Source: Flavobacteriaceae bacterium (GTDB taxonomy: Bacteria; Bacteroidota; Bacteroidia; Flavobacteriales; Flavobacteriaceae). From it: DNA of 64,000 nt. The DNA lies in the NCBI GenBank assembly GCA_023264015.1, contig JALQTJ010000004.1, positions 804-64,803 on the forward strand, written 5' to 3'. Below, piece by piece: positions 9,416 to 19,642 of the stretch (its first letter is position 1; every line of letters starts with the position of its first letter). The position numbers and the translations under genes are program-made. A model generated the notes under the pieces. That model was not told the origin of the DNA, did no database searches, and was given only the letters and a program-made list of their open reading frames with translations.

Positions 9416-11080
9416 ATGAACCAAAATAGCCCCATAACCTTGCTGTTATTTGCAGTTTGTAGCCTGCTGATTTCTCAAAAAAGTTTTGGACAACGTCCTG
9501 AGCTGCTCACTCTTTTCAAGGAGTGGCGCGCCTTTGAGGTGCCCGTGAATACCACAGGAAACATCGACTACTCAAAAGCACACTTAGAGGCGCGATGGCC
9601 TCACTATGAGGAGCTGCGCGAAAGACTCATGCAACTTGATCACAAAAATTGGGAAGTTTCTGAACAGGTCGATTGGACCTTATTGTGGGCTGAAATGAAC
9701 GGATACGCATTCAATCATTATGTGTTAAAACCATGGGAGCGCGACCCAGCATTCTACAAAGTACTCTGGACCGAACAAAGCGACGTACCCGCACACGAAG
9801 GCCCAACGAATCACGCCGTGATTGAATGGTGGCAGTACCAACAACCCTTGAATAAAGAAGCGCAAGAAGATCTGATCGCTAAGTTGGACTTCATTCCCCA
9901 ATTTTACACCCAAGCAAAGAAGAACCTTAGCGGAAATGCCAGAGAATTATGGATAGCAGGTACTAGAGATATTGCGAGACAGGCACAAGCACTAGAATCG
10001 CTTGCGGGTGACCCGCAATTTCAGAAGAATCGAAAGGTTCAAAGGTCTATTAGTGCGGCTATCAAGGCCACCCTTGAGCTCAAAGAATGGCTAGAGACTG
10101 AAGCACCTAATAAAACAGCTGCGTCGGGAGTGGGTAAAGCGCTCTACAGCTGGTATCAAAGAAACGTTCATTTGGTTCCCTTAGACTGGCAAGATGAAGT
10201 AATGCTACTTAAGCACGAACTAGCACGGGCCTGGTCATCATTAGCTTTAGAAGAACACAAAAATCGTGAGCTACCCCCTCTTAAGGCAGCGAGCTCTCAA
10301 GAAGAATACCTGAAGCAAGCCAGAGAAGCAGCAGATGAATTAATAACATTTCTCGATACCAATGATATTGTAAACGTAAAGGAGTATTATAGACCCGCCC
10401 TTGAGCCCCATCTCGGACGTTTCATTCCTGCAGATCGCAGAAACTTCTTTTGGATTACCGCCCACCTTGACCCCAAACCGCTTTACTCGCATTTCTACCA
10501 CTGGTTTGAATTGGCGCGTATGCGTGTTGAACCTCATCAAAATGAGATGAGAAGGGGTTCTCCCCTTTACAACATCTTTGACTCTCGCAATGAAGGTATG
10601 GCTACGGCCGTAGAAGAATTTTTCATGCAAGCCGGGCTCTACGAGAACAGCCCCAGATCAAGAGAGATCGTTTACATCCTCATCGCTCAAAGAGCGGCTC
10701 GAGGACTGGGTTCGTTATATGCCCATGCCAATCTTCAAACCATGGAAGAAGCTGGAGTAATTCATTCTGAATATACCCCAAGAGGTTGGATGAAAACCGA
10801 AAAAGAACTACTTCTTTTTGAACAGCATTTGTATATGCGTCAACCCGGATACGGCACCAGTTATATCACTGGTAAGTATCTTATGGAACACGCGCTAATG
10901 GCTTATGCCAAGTCTCGAGAAGGATCTGGAACAGGGCTCATCAAATCGTATTTCGACGGTATGAATGCCATCGGAAGTATGCCCGCTTCATTGGGCGAGT
11001 GGGAGCTCACCGGATCGTCTGTATTAATTGATGAAATCTTTGACTCCTACGTACCCCTTGAAACATTGCTAGAGGAGTAG
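9416..11080 (+). CDS. secreted hypothetical protein, possibly DUF885-like
   Basis: 554-aa ORF with an N-terminal signal peptide. The NEGMATAVEEFFMQ block and overall size only weakly recall DUF885 proteins, so the family assignment is tentative. Confidence 0.4.
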   Translation: MNQNSPITLLLFAVCSLLISQKSFGQRPELLTLFKEWRAFEVPVNTTGNIDYSKAHLEARWPHYEELRERLMQLDHKNWEVSEQVDWTLLWAEMNGYAFNHYVLKPWERDPAFYKVLWTEQSDVPAHEGPTNHAVIEWWQYQQPLNKEAQEDLIAKLDFIPQFYTQAKKNLSGNARELWIAGTRDIARQAQALESLAGDPQFQKNRKVQRSISAAIKATLELKEWLETEAPNKTAASGVGKALYSWYQRNVHLVPLDWQDEVMLLKHELARAWSSLALEEHKNRELPPLKAASSQEEYLKQAREAADELITFLDTNDIVNVKEYYRPALEPHLGRFIPADRRNFFWITAHLDPKPLYSHFYHWFELARMRVEPHQNEMRRGSPLYNIFDSRNEGMATAVEEFFMQAGLYENSPRSREIVYILIAQRAARGLGSLYAHANLQTMEEAGVIHSEYTPRGWMKTEKELLLFEQHLYMRQPGYGTSYITGKYLMEHALMAYAKSREGSGTGLIKSYFDGMNAIGSMPASLGEWELTGSSVLIDEIFDSYVPLETLLEE

Positions 11081-11141
11081 GTATAAAAAAGAGCCCCACA
11101 ATGGAGGCCCTCTTTCGACTTAAACAAATAGTGGTGTTAGT

Positions 11142-12095
11142 TTAGTCTTTAGGCACCGAAATGGTTAGGTTTCGGTATTCGATAGGACCGTGGTCTCCTT
11201 GTAATAGAATAGGACCCGGCTCACCTTCTTTTGAATCTAAGGCTCCACCCGTGATACCCGGAATAAGTGCATCAGTAATCACTGATTTGCCATTGAGCAC
11301 TACGGTTACTCTTCGCCCTACTAAAGTAATGTCATAGGTTTGCCATTCACCGGCGGGTTTGGCCGCATTCTGGTTAGGCGTTAAAAAGCCATAAAGCCCT
11401 CCGATGTAATGAGAATTCGGAACACGACCGTAGTTATCCTCTACCTGAACTTCATAACGACCGCGCAAATAAACTCCTGAATTTGAGCCTTCTGGATAAC
11501 GGAATTCAAGGTGTAATTTAAAATCATCGTATACTTCTTCAGTCATCAAATTTACCCCTGACTCTGGGTTAGTCAATACACCGTCAACGGCCTTCCACTG
11601 ATTCGAACGATTGGTTGTCTGTGGCTTCCATCCCTCTAAATTTTCACCGTTAAATAGGGGTTGAGGCTTGGTCCATTTTTTAGGTGCCTCTCTCTCTAGT
11701 GAAGGGGCACGTACCCCGGTAAATGTGACGGCCTCTCCGGTATTCATGATGATATTTCCCGTGAGGGTGTCTCCGTCTCGGGTTCCACTGAGATGCATGT
11801 ATTGATGACCCATCCATTGAGGAGGAATACTAAAATTAAAACGGTCTCCACTTTCGAAAACTTCTGCAATGGGTCGCGCAGATCCGGCAAAGCTTACATA
11901 GCGGCCTATTAGCGTTCGGGTACCCGAAAACTCGACCTCAAGCCATGAAGGCAGGGTCATTCCTCGGTATTCAATTTCAAGGTCCCAAGACCCGATTAGT
12001 TCTGAATTTGATTGTGCATTGAGGGAGGCTGTGGCACCTAAAAAAAGTAATGCGATCAGACTTATTCCTCTTTGGAAATTCATAAAAACGCGCAT
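11142..12095 (-). CDS. DUF1080 (3-keto-disaccharide hydrolase family, PF06439) domain protein, secreted
   Basis: 317-aa ORF with a signal peptide. The C-terminal half has LHLEFRYPEGSNSGVYLRGRYEVQVEDNYG and GPILLQGDHGPIEYRNLTI, hallmark blocks of DUF1080. Confidence 0.75.
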   Translation of the reverse strand: MRVFMNFQRGISLIALLFLGATASLNAQSNSELIGSWDLEIEYRGMTLPSWLEVEFSGTRTLIGRYVSFAGSARPIAEVFESGDRFNFSIPPQWMGHQYMHLSGTRDGDTLTGNIIMNTGEAVTFTGVRAPSLEREAPKKWTKPQPLFNGENLEGWKPQTTNRSNQWKAVDGVLTNPESGVNLMTEEVYDDFKLHLEFRYPEGSNSGVYLRGRYEVQVEDNYGRVPNSHYIGGLYGFLTPNQNAAKPAGEWQTYDITLVGRRVTVVLNGKSVITDALIPGITGGALDSKEGEPGPILLQGDHGPIEYRNLTISVPKD

Positions 12096-12202
12096 AGTGT
12101 TGGTTTAATTGTTCGAAAAAATATAGGTAAAAACAGCTTCCGATGGTTTAAAGAACTGCTATTTTAGGCGAAATGACCTAGTTTTAACACTCTTAAAGCC
12201 AT

Positions 12203-13315
12203 ATGTTAAGTTACTGGGAAAAGTCTTCGCTCATTGAATACGATCTCGTCGTAGTTGGCGGAGGTCTTGTGGGTTCTTTCGCTGCTTTAACCTATCGCAA
12301 ACATCACCCCAAAGCACGGATTGCCCTCTTAGAAAGAGGAATATTACCAAGTGGTGCGAGCACAAAAAACGCAGGATTTGCTTGTTTCGGGTCTATCTCA
12401 GAATTACAAGAAGACCTCAACGATTGCAACCTTGATGAATTGGTTGCGCTTACCGAAAAGAGATTTAAGGGTATTGAATATTTAAGGGCTAATTTGAGCG
12501 ATACCTCAATCGGATACGAAGCTGTAAAAGGTTATGAATTGGTCTTTAAAACGGTGGAAAGCGATCAGCTCGCATTTTTTAACGACGCACTCTCTACTGT
12601 TTTTGGGAAAAACCCTTTTAGCGACCAAACCGCTTCCCTTAACGCCTACCCTTTCGGAAGCAAAGTAAGAGGCCTAATAGAGCATGCCTTTGAAGGCACC
12701 GTTCACACCGGGATGCTGATGAAAGCCTTGCATCAAAAACTTCAAGAAGAGGGTATCTCTTGCTTTACCGGAAGTGAACTCGTCGAATTCGAAGAAACCC
12801 CAAGTGGGGTGTCACTTTGGGTAGCGTCTTCAAAGCAAAAACTCCAATTTAAATCTCAACAGCTGGTATTTTGTACCAATGCTTTTACCCAACACTTCTT
12901 TCCTGAATTAGACATTACTCCAGGAAGGGGACTGGTTGTAGTGACGCATCCGATCGAGAACTTTAGGCTCTCAGGATCGTTTCACTACCACAGTGGTTAC
13001 AACTATTTTCGCTGCGTTAATAACCGCATCTTACTTGGTGGAGCACGTCATCTGGATAAATCGAGCGAAACCACAACCGCATTCGGAGTAAACGAAAAGA
13101 TTCAAAACCAACTCATCGAAGATCTCCATACCATTATTGCCCCCGATTACAAGTTAGAAGTCGATTATAGCTGGTCAGGAATAATGGCTTTCGGAAAAAA
13201 CAAACAACCCATTGTCCGTAAAATGTCTGATCGCATTGCGGTGGCGGCACGCCTAGGCGGTATGGGGGTGGCGCTTGGCTCATTAGTAGGCAAAGAGGTG
13301 GCAGAGCTACTTTAA
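12203..13315 (+). CDS. FAD-dependent oxidoreductase (DAO family)
   Basis: 370-aa ORF with an N-terminal dinucleotide-binding motif DLVVVGGGLVGS. Length and C-terminal region are typical of the DAO/glycine-oxidase-like family. Confidence 0.7.
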   Translation: MLSYWEKSSLIEYDLVVVGGGLVGSFAALTYRKHHPKARIALLERGILPSGASTKNAGFACFGSISELQEDLNDCNLDELVALTEKRFKGIEYLRANLSDTSIGYEAVKGYELVFKTVESDQLAFFNDALSTVFGKNPFSDQTASLNAYPFGSKVRGLIEHAFEGTVHTGMLMKALHQKLQEEGISCFTGSELVEFEETPSGVSLWVASSKQKLQFKSQQLVFCTNAFTQHFFPELDITPGRGLVVVTHPIENFRLSGSFHYHSGYNYFRCVNNRILLGGARHLDKSSETTTAFGVNEKIQNQLIEDLHTIIAPDYKLEVDYSWSGIMAFGKNKQPIVRKMSDRIAVAARLGGMGVALGSLVGKEVAELL

Positions 13316-13393
13316 AAACCTCCGGCTTTTTTAGAGAAGACAGCGATTATTTCTATTTTAATCCGATCGTGCTCTTTTTAGCTGATGTGACCC

Positions 13394-14347
13394 ATGAAAG
13401 TTTCTCCCAAAGTCTTGTTTGACCAGTGTTACCAGTCTTATGGTATTGCAGCGGTCAATGTATTTACCATGGAGCAAGTCATTGGGCTGTTCGAAGCTGC
13501 CTCAATCGCAAAAGCACCTTTTATCGTTCAACTTACACCTGCTGCACGAAATTATGCTGATTCTCGAATGCTTTTGGCCATGATTTCAGCCGCCGCAGCA
13601 CGTTTTCCACAAGCGGTTTATTCGATTCATTTAGATCACGGTACAGAAGCACATATTCTGGACGCACTCTCTGCCTCGGGATACGACTCAGTGATGATTG
13701 ACGCATCACATGATCCATTTGAAGAAAATGTGAGAAGAACGAAAAGTATCGTAGAAAAAGCCCATTCTAAAGAAGTGTTTGTCGAAGCCGAACTAGGGGT
13801 GCTGAGCGGAGTAGAAGACGATCTTGTCATTGATGGTAAGCATGCAAAATACACCGATCCTGATCAAGCTTTAGCATTTGTAAAACAAACTAAATGTGAC
13901 AGCCTAGCTATCGCGGTCGGAACCAGTCATGGGGCGTATAAATTCTCAGGTGCTCAGCGCATTCGGCTCGATTTATTGCAAGCTATAAAAGAGAGGCTTC
14001 CCCGCTATCCGCTAGTACTTCATGGAGGGTCGGCGGTAAATACCTCAGAAATTGAACTCATTAATCGATTTGGTGGAAGCTTAGGTACCCATGCTGCGGG
14101 GGTTTCAGACGATGACATCAGGGCTGCCATTGAATTAGGTGTCTGCAAAATCAATATCGCCACTGACATACGCTTATTATGGACACGCACCCATAGAACA
14201 TTCTTTGCTACGCAACCTGATCAGTTCGATCCGACCATTCCTGGAAAAGAATTCATTCAGGCGTTTAAAGAATTCATGATCCGCAAATTTGAACTTTTTA
14301 ACGCTCAAGAAAAGAGCCTTATATTTTTAGAATCATTAACCCCATAG
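13394..14347 (+). CDS. iolJ: class II ketose-bisphosphate aldolase; by context 6-phospho-5-dehydro-2-deoxy-D-gluconate aldolase
   Basis: 317-aa ORF with class II aldolase blocks IHLDHG, VEAELG, GTSHGAYKF and LVLHGGS. It is the first gene of the iol operon. Confidence 0.75.
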   Translation: MKVSPKVLFDQCYQSYGIAAVNVFTMEQVIGLFEAASIAKAPFIVQLTPAARNYADSRMLLAMISAAAARFPQAVYSIHLDHGTEAHILDALSASGYDSVMIDASHDPFEENVRRTKSIVEKAHSKEVFVEAELGVLSGVEDDLVIDGKHAKYTDPDQALAFVKQTKCDSLAIAVGTSHGAYKFSGAQRIRLDLLQAIKERLPRYPLVLHGGSAVNTSEIELINRFGGSLGTHAAGVSDDDIRAAIELGVCKINIATDIRLLWTRTHRTFFATQPDQFDPTIPGKEFIQAFKEFMIRKFELFNAQEKSLIFLESLTP

Positions 14348-14350
14348 CTC

Positions 14351-15226
14351 ATGTCTCATCTTTGTATACACCCGCACCCCTCCGATTCCGTCTACCATCG
14401 AGTCAACCCAAAATCTGCTGGCTGGAATTATTTAAATTTTGAGGCTAGACGGCTAAGCAAGGGAGAATCTTGGGAGCATGAAACCCACAATTGCGAAATG
14501 GTAATCGTATTGCTTTCAGGGAATTACACGGTAAATAGCAACCATGGAAAATTTGAAACGATCAATGGCAGAAAGGACGTTTTTAGTGGAGTAGCACATA
14601 CCTTATACCTGCCTATACATTCAAGGTTTTCCTTGAAGGCAGAAAGCGCGCTTTTAGATATCGCCTATGCATGGTGTGAGGTAGAGGAGGCCTTCCCTGC
14701 AAAATTTGTGCGTCCTGCAGAAACGCCCACGGTACTATTTGGAGGAGACAATGCCTCAAGGCAATTTAATGATTTAGTGCCTCCAGGATTTGGGTGCAGC
14801 AGGATTGTTTCAAGAGAGGTCTATACTCCATCGGGAAATTGGAGCTCTTTTCCGGCACACAAGCACGATGAGCGCAGACTTTCAGAAAATGGGGTATTGC
14901 TCGAACCTGTACAAGAGGAAACTTACTTTTACAAATTTCAAAAAAAAGAAGCATACGCCATTCAGCAAGTCTACACGAAGGACGGTAGTCTTGATGAGAT
15001 CGTTAGGCCAAGGCACGACGATGTGGTTTTGATTCCTAAAGGCTACCATCCTGTTGTTGCTGAACACGGTTTTCATTGTTACTATCTCAATTTCTTGGCA
15101 GGGACAGATCAAAGTTTGGCAAACACCACCGACCCAGATCACGAATGGATTTACAATTCATGGACAGCGATAGACCCTAGATTGCCTCTAGTGACCGCTG
15201 AAATGAATGAAACAAACACCATATGA
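14351..15226 (+). CDS. iolB: 5-deoxy-glucuronate isomerase
   Basis: 291-aa cupin-type ORF of the KduI/IolB family, starting 3 nt after iolJ. Its end overlaps the iolC start by 4 nt. Confidence 0.75.
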   Translation: MSHLCIHPHPSDSVYHRVNPKSAGWNYLNFEARRLSKGESWEHETHNCEMVIVLLSGNYTVNSNHGKFETINGRKDVFSGVAHTLYLPIHSRFSLKAESALLDIAYAWCEVEEAFPAKFVRPAETPTVLFGGDNASRQFNDLVPPGFGCSRIVSREVYTPSGNWSSFPAHKHDERRLSENGVLLEPVQEETYFYKFQKKEAYAIQQVYTKDGSLDEIVRPRHDDVVLIPKGYHPVVAEHGFHCYYLNFLAGTDQSLANTTDPDHEWIYNSWTAIDPRLPLVTAEMNETNTI

Positions 15227-16233
15227 AAACACATCCGCAGGTTCTAACTATTGGGAGGTCTTCTATTGATCTCTACTCTCAAAATATTGGAGCAGCCTTT
15301 GAAGAAATTCAAGGATTCGATGCATTTGTGGGTGGCTCTCCTTTAAATATTGCGGTAGGCTGTTCGAGATTAGGAATTAAAACAAGTCTCTTAACTGCTG
15401 TCGGTGAAGACAAGGTGGGAAGCTTTATTTTGAACTTTCTGAATCGCGAAAATATTGACACTTCTTTAATCCCCATTAAGGCGAATGCACGCAGCAGTGC
15501 GGTGGTTTTGGGTATTGAACCACCCGATCGTTTTCCACTGGTCTTTTATCGAGACAATGCAGCCGACAGCCAAATAAACATTGATGATGTACTTCGTGCC
15601 CAGGTAGAACGCTATGAAATCGTATTGCTCAATGGCACTGCCCTCAATAAAGAGCCAAGCAAAAGTGCCTGTTTTTTAGCGGCTGAAATAGCATCAAAAT
15701 CCAAAGCCCAAACCTTACTTGATCTTGACTTCAGAGCCGATCAATGGCATGATTATCGGGCTTTCGGTATCACCATTCGAAGTTTGCTCTCTCGAATTGA
15801 TATTGCGATTGGAACAGAAGAAGAGATCTTAGCCGCCACCTTGAGAGACAAAGAAGCTGTAAGTATCACGCACCAACAAATTTCTTCACCAAAAATTAAG
15901 GGAAACCTGCATGCCGCGATTGATGAATTACTAACTCTCGGACCCAAGGTGCTCATTGTTAAGAGAGGTGCTCGTGGCGCAAGCTTTTATTGTAAGGGAG
16001 AAGATCCTATTGAAGTGCCCGGATTCCCCGTTAAAATACTGAATACCTTAGGTGCCGGAGATGCTTTTGCAAGCGGATTCATTTACGGACTTCTACAACA
16101 ATGGGATTGGTATAAGTCATGTCGTATGGGCAATGCAAGCGGAGCACAAGTGGTATTGCAAAAGGGCTGTGCGAATTTCATGCCCACATTGAAGGAGTCT
16201 CTTGAATTTATTAAAACACATGGAGGATTTTAA
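15223..16233 (+). CDS. iolC: 5-dehydro-2-deoxygluconokinase (PfkB family)
   Basis: 336-aa ORF with PfkB signatures (GGSPLNIAVG near the N-terminus, TLGAGDAFASGFIYG near the C-terminus). Sits in the iol operon. Confidence 0.8.
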   Translation: MKTHPQVLTIGRSSIDLYSQNIGAAFEEIQGFDAFVGGSPLNIAVGCSRLGIKTSLLTAVGEDKVGSFILNFLNRENIDTSLIPIKANARSSAVVLGIEPPDRFPLVFYRDNAADSQINIDDVLRAQVERYEIVLLNGTALNKEPSKSACFLAAEIASKSKAQTLLDLDFRADQWHDYRAFGITIRSLLSRIDIAIGTEEEILAATLRDKEAVSITHQQISSPKIKGNLHAAIDELLTLGPKVLIVKRGARGASFYCKGEDPIEVPGFPVKILNTLGAGDAFASGFIYGLLQQWDWYKSCRMGNASGAQVVLQKGCANFMPTLKESLEFIKTHGGF

Positions 16234-16236
16234 ATT

Positions 16237-17712
16237 ATGGAACCACTTAAGGTCTTTATAAACGGAACCTGGAAGCAGAGTCATTCAACCACTTACCTCG
16301 AGGTGCTCAATCCGGCCAATCAAGAATGCTTGGCGCAGGTTCCAGTTGGCCCTGATACATTTAAAGATGTCAGTGCAGCCGCTGAGGCAGCGCAGAATGC
16401 CTATTTGCAGTGGAAAAAGGTGCCTGTAATGAAAAGGGCTCAATGCCTTTATCAACTCAAACAGCTTTTGGAAACTCATAAAGAATCGCTTGCTATCTCT
16501 ATCACCAATGAATGTGGAAAGACAAAAGACGAGTCTTTAGGGGAGTTGCAACGTGCTATAGAAAACGTTGAGGTAGCCTGTGGCACCCCCATGCTCATCT
16601 CGGGCGATATCATAGAAGATATAGCCAGTGGTATTGATGAAATGATGATTCGTCAACCTTTAGGGATTACAGCCTGTATTACTCCTTTTAATTTTCCGGC
16701 GATGATCGTATTCTGGTTTTTGCCTTATGCCATTGCCACGGGTAACGCCTGTATTGTAAAACCTTCAGAAAAGGCACCTAAAACAATGAATTTGCTGTTT
16801 GAATTAATTCAACAGCTCGATATTCCAGACGGCCTAATTAGTCTGGTACATGGAGGCAAAGAAAGTGTGGATGCGCTTATCCAACACCCATATATTAAAG
16901 CCATTAGTTTTGTAGGTAGCACCAACGTTGCCCGTTATATCTACTCTGAATGCGGAAAATATGGAAAAAGGGTGCAGGCCCAAGGAGGTGCCAAGAATCC
17001 TATCATCGTATTGCCCGATGCAGAACTAGACCTCACTGCAAAGATTGTAGCTGATTCGGTTTATGGTTGTGCAGGCCAACGATGTCTTGCCGCCTCAGTA
17101 GTGATTCGTGTTGGGGATGAAAAGAATACAGTCAAAGAAGCCCTCGTTGAGACCGTAAAATCCAAAATCGTTGGATACGGATTGAACGAAGGAGTCAGTA
17201 TGGGACCTGTAATTTCTCAAGAGAGCAAACAGCGTATCACAGGGCTAATCCAGCAAGGAATCGAAGAAGGAGCATCATTATTGCTTGACGGACGAAAGAT
17301 CACTGTACCTCAATACGAACGTGGAAACTTCATTGGGCCTACCATTTTAGAAGATGTGCCGGTAGACCAGTCACTCATAAAAACTGAGATTTTTGGTCCA
17401 GTCATGAGTCTGATTGCGATGCCCACTATTGAAGAAGCCATAGCTTTTATAAATAAAGGAGCCTATGGCAATATGGCTTGCCTTTTCACCAGTAACGGGG
17501 CCCATGCAAGAGCCTTTAGAAATGAGGCTCAGGCGGGAAACATTGGCATCAACATTGGGGTAGCCGCACCTATGGCCCAGTTTCCGTTTAGCGGTTGGAA
17601 GGACAGTTTCTTTGGAGACCTTCACGGTCAAGGTAAGCATGCCATTGAATTCTTTACCCAAACCAAAGTGGTGATTGAACGATGGCCTAACGAATGGTCA
17701 AGAAAATTTTAA
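16237..17712 (+). CDS. iolA: CoA-acylating methylmalonate/malonate-semialdehyde dehydrogenase
   Basis: 491-aa aldehyde dehydrogenase with the catalytic block GCAGQRCLA, the GSTNVARYIY block and the C-terminal FTQTKVVIERW typical of MmsA/IolA. Confidence 0.85.
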   Translation: MEPLKVFINGTWKQSHSTTYLEVLNPANQECLAQVPVGPDTFKDVSAAAEAAQNAYLQWKKVPVMKRAQCLYQLKQLLETHKESLAISITNECGKTKDESLGELQRAIENVEVACGTPMLISGDIIEDIASGIDEMMIRQPLGITACITPFNFPAMIVFWFLPYAIATGNACIVKPSEKAPKTMNLLFELIQQLDIPDGLISLVHGGKESVDALIQHPYIKAISFVGSTNVARYIYSECGKYGKRVQAQGGAKNPIIVLPDAELDLTAKIVADSVYGCAGQRCLAASVVIRVGDEKNTVKEALVETVKSKIVGYGLNEGVSMGPVISQESKQRITGLIQQGIEEGASLLLDGRKITVPQYERGNFIGPTILEDVPVDQSLIKTEIFGPVMSLIAMPTIEEAIAFINKGAYGNMACLFTSNGAHARAFRNEAQAGNIGINIGVAAPMAQFPFSGWKDSFFGDLHGQGKHAIEFFTQTKVVIERWPNEWSRKF

Positions 17713-17716
17713 CCTT

Positions 17717-18622
17717 ATGATACACATCGCAAATGCTCCATGTTCTTGGGGGGCGTTAGAATTCGATTTAGAACAGAAATCAGCGCCTATTGGTTACGCT
17801 CAAGTTCTCGACGAAATGACCCAAACGAAGTATCAAGGCACCGAACTAGGAGATTGGGGTTTCATGCCAACAGATCCGGCTGCACTTAGATCGAATCTAG
17901 TCAAGCGAAATCTCGAATTGGTAGGCGCTTTTGTTCCTGTCAATTTAAAGGATAAAGCAAGTCATTCGAGGGGTGTTGAGCACGCGCTTAAGGTGGCAAG
18001 GCTCATGCATGAAGCTGGGTATTCAAACGCATTTATTGTTTTAGCCGATGAGAATGGGACAGATAGCGTTCGTACTCTTAACGCCGGAAGAATAAAGAAG
18101 GATATGCAACTGAGTGATGTGCAGTGGAATGTTTTTGCTGAAGGATGCATGCGCATTTCAGAAAAGGTGCAATCCGCCTATCAGATGCGAACTGTTTTTC
18201 ATCACCACTGTGCGGGCTTTATTGAAACCCCAGAAGAGATAGCAAAACTCATGCATCTCACAGATCCCTCACTATTGGGATTGTGCTTTGACACTGGTCA
18301 TTACGCCTTTGGCGGAGGCCATCCCACTGAAGGTCTTCAGCAATTTCAATCGCGCATTTGGCATGTGCACTTCAAAGACTTTGATCCGAAAATTGCACAG
18401 CTTTCAAGTGCTGCGAATGGAGATTATTTTGATGCCATTTCTAAAGGGGTTTTCTGTGAATTAGGAAAGGGTGCCGTTGATTTTTCAGAGGTGAAAAACA
18501 TTTTGGATCATCAGCAGTACGAAGGATGGATTGTTGTAGAACAAGACGTTTTACCCGGCATGGGAGATCCAAAGGCGTGTGCAGCATCAAATCGAAATTT
18601 TTTAACCTCAATCGGACTCTAA
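17717..18622 (+). CDS. iolE: inosose (2-keto-myo-inositol) dehydratase, xylose-isomerase-like TIM barrel
   Basis: The region VFHHHCAGFIETPEEIAKLMHLTDPSLLGLCFDTGHYAF ... IWHVHFKDF ... GWIVVEQD aligns block for block with B. subtilis IolE as I recall it. I moved the start to the ATG at 17717 (MIHIANAPCSWG), because the track start at 17675 would overlap iolA by 38 nt. Confidence 0.75.
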   Translation: MIHIANAPCSWGALEFDLEQKSAPIGYAQVLDEMTQTKYQGTELGDWGFMPTDPAALRSNLVKRNLELVGAFVPVNLKDKASHSRGVEHALKVARLMHEAGYSNAFIVLADENGTDSVRTLNAGRIKKDMQLSDVQWNVFAEGCMRISEKVQSAYQMRTVFHHHCAGFIETPEEIAKLMHLTDPSLLGLCFDTGHYAFGGGHPTEGLQQFQSRIWHVHFKDFDPKIAQLSSAANGDYFDAISKGVFCELGKGAVDFSEVKNILDHQQYEGWIVVEQDVLPGMGDPKACAASNRNFLTSIGL

Positions 18623-18626
18623 TTAT

Positions 18627-19631
18627 ATGACACTTAAAATAGCACTTGCAGGTCTAGGAAGAATCGGTCAGATTCACCTCGAGAATTTATTGCAACTTAA
18701 AGAAGTACAAGTAGTAGGGGCCACAGACCCGATTCAAGCTTCTTTAAAATTCGCGGAAAGTAGGGGAGTGAAGTGCTATAATTCTTTTGATTCACTTCTC
18801 GATGAAAGTGGCTGTGAGGCGGTAGTCATTTGTTCACCTACCGATACGCACGCAGACTACACCATTCGCGCCGCCGAAAAAGGCAAACACATCTTCTGCG
18901 AGAAACCCCTTGACCTCTCACTTGAAAAGGTCAATGAAGTCATAGCGGTAATTGAGCGCACTCAAACCAAGCTCATGCTAGGATTCAATCGTCGTTTTGA
19001 CAAAGAGTTCATGAGCGTAAAAGAACAGGTACTTAACGGCGCTATTGGAGACCTGCATATTGTGAGAATAACAAGCAGAGACCCCAAGGCACCTCCAGCA
19101 ACTTACATTGCGCATTCGGGTGGTATTTTTCTTGACATGAGTATTCATGATTTCGATATGGCCCGATTCATTGTAGGCAAGGAAGTTGTTCAGGTATATG
19201 CTCAGGGTGCGGTTCGAATCGACCCTGAAATAGGCGCAGCTGGAGACTTGGATACGGCCGTTATTCAGCTTACCTTCAGTGATCAAACCATCGCTGTCAT
19301 CGATAATAGTCGTCAAGCCGTCTATGGCTACGATCAAAGACTCGAGGCTTTTGGTTCTTCAGGAATGATTCGAGCCGAAAATAGGACGACAGATTGCCAC
19401 GAGTTATTTACTACGAAAGGAGTGCACAGTGCCTTACCCGAGTACTTCTTTCTTGAACGCTATGCCGAAGCCTACAAGACCGAATTGAAATCATTTGTCG
19501 AGCATTTAATCCAAGGTACTGCCATAAGCCCTAATGCTCATGACGGATTGGCGTCTTTAAAAATTGGCCTCGCGGCAAAACGTTCAATTGAAGAACAACG
19601 TCCGGTCCATTTAGATGAATTTAAGTCCTAA
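18627..19631 (+). CDS. iolG: inositol 2-dehydrogenase (Gfo/Idh/MocA family)
   Basis: 334-aa ORF with Rossmann N-terminus KIALAGLGRIGQIH, the EKP motif (FCEKPL) and the GFNRRFD block typical of IolG. Confidence 0.8.
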   Translation: MTLKIALAGLGRIGQIHLENLLQLKEVQVVGATDPIQASLKFAESRGVKCYNSFDSLLDESGCEAVVICSPTDTHADYTIRAAEKGKHIFCEKPLDLSLEKVNEVIAVIERTQTKLMLGFNRRFDKEFMSVKEQVLNGAIGDLHIVRITSRDPKAPPATYIAHSGGIFLDMSIHDFDMARFIVGKEVVQVYAQGAVRIDPEIGAAGDLDTAVIQLTFSDQTIAVIDNSRQAVYGYDQRLEAFGSSGMIRAENRTTDCHELFTTKGVHSALPEYFFLERYAEAYKTELKSFVEHLIQGTAISPNAHDGLASLKIGLAAKRSIEEQRPVHLDEFKS

Positions 19632-19642
19632 TTAAACCGCCA

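Noticed and set aside
11081-11141. Possible terminator between the convergent genes at 11080 and 11142 (aaaaaagagccccacaatggaggccctcttt).
   Set aside because: The two arms (agagcccc and ggccctct) are not complementary in register. Only 3-4 bp can pair, so this is not a credible hairpin.
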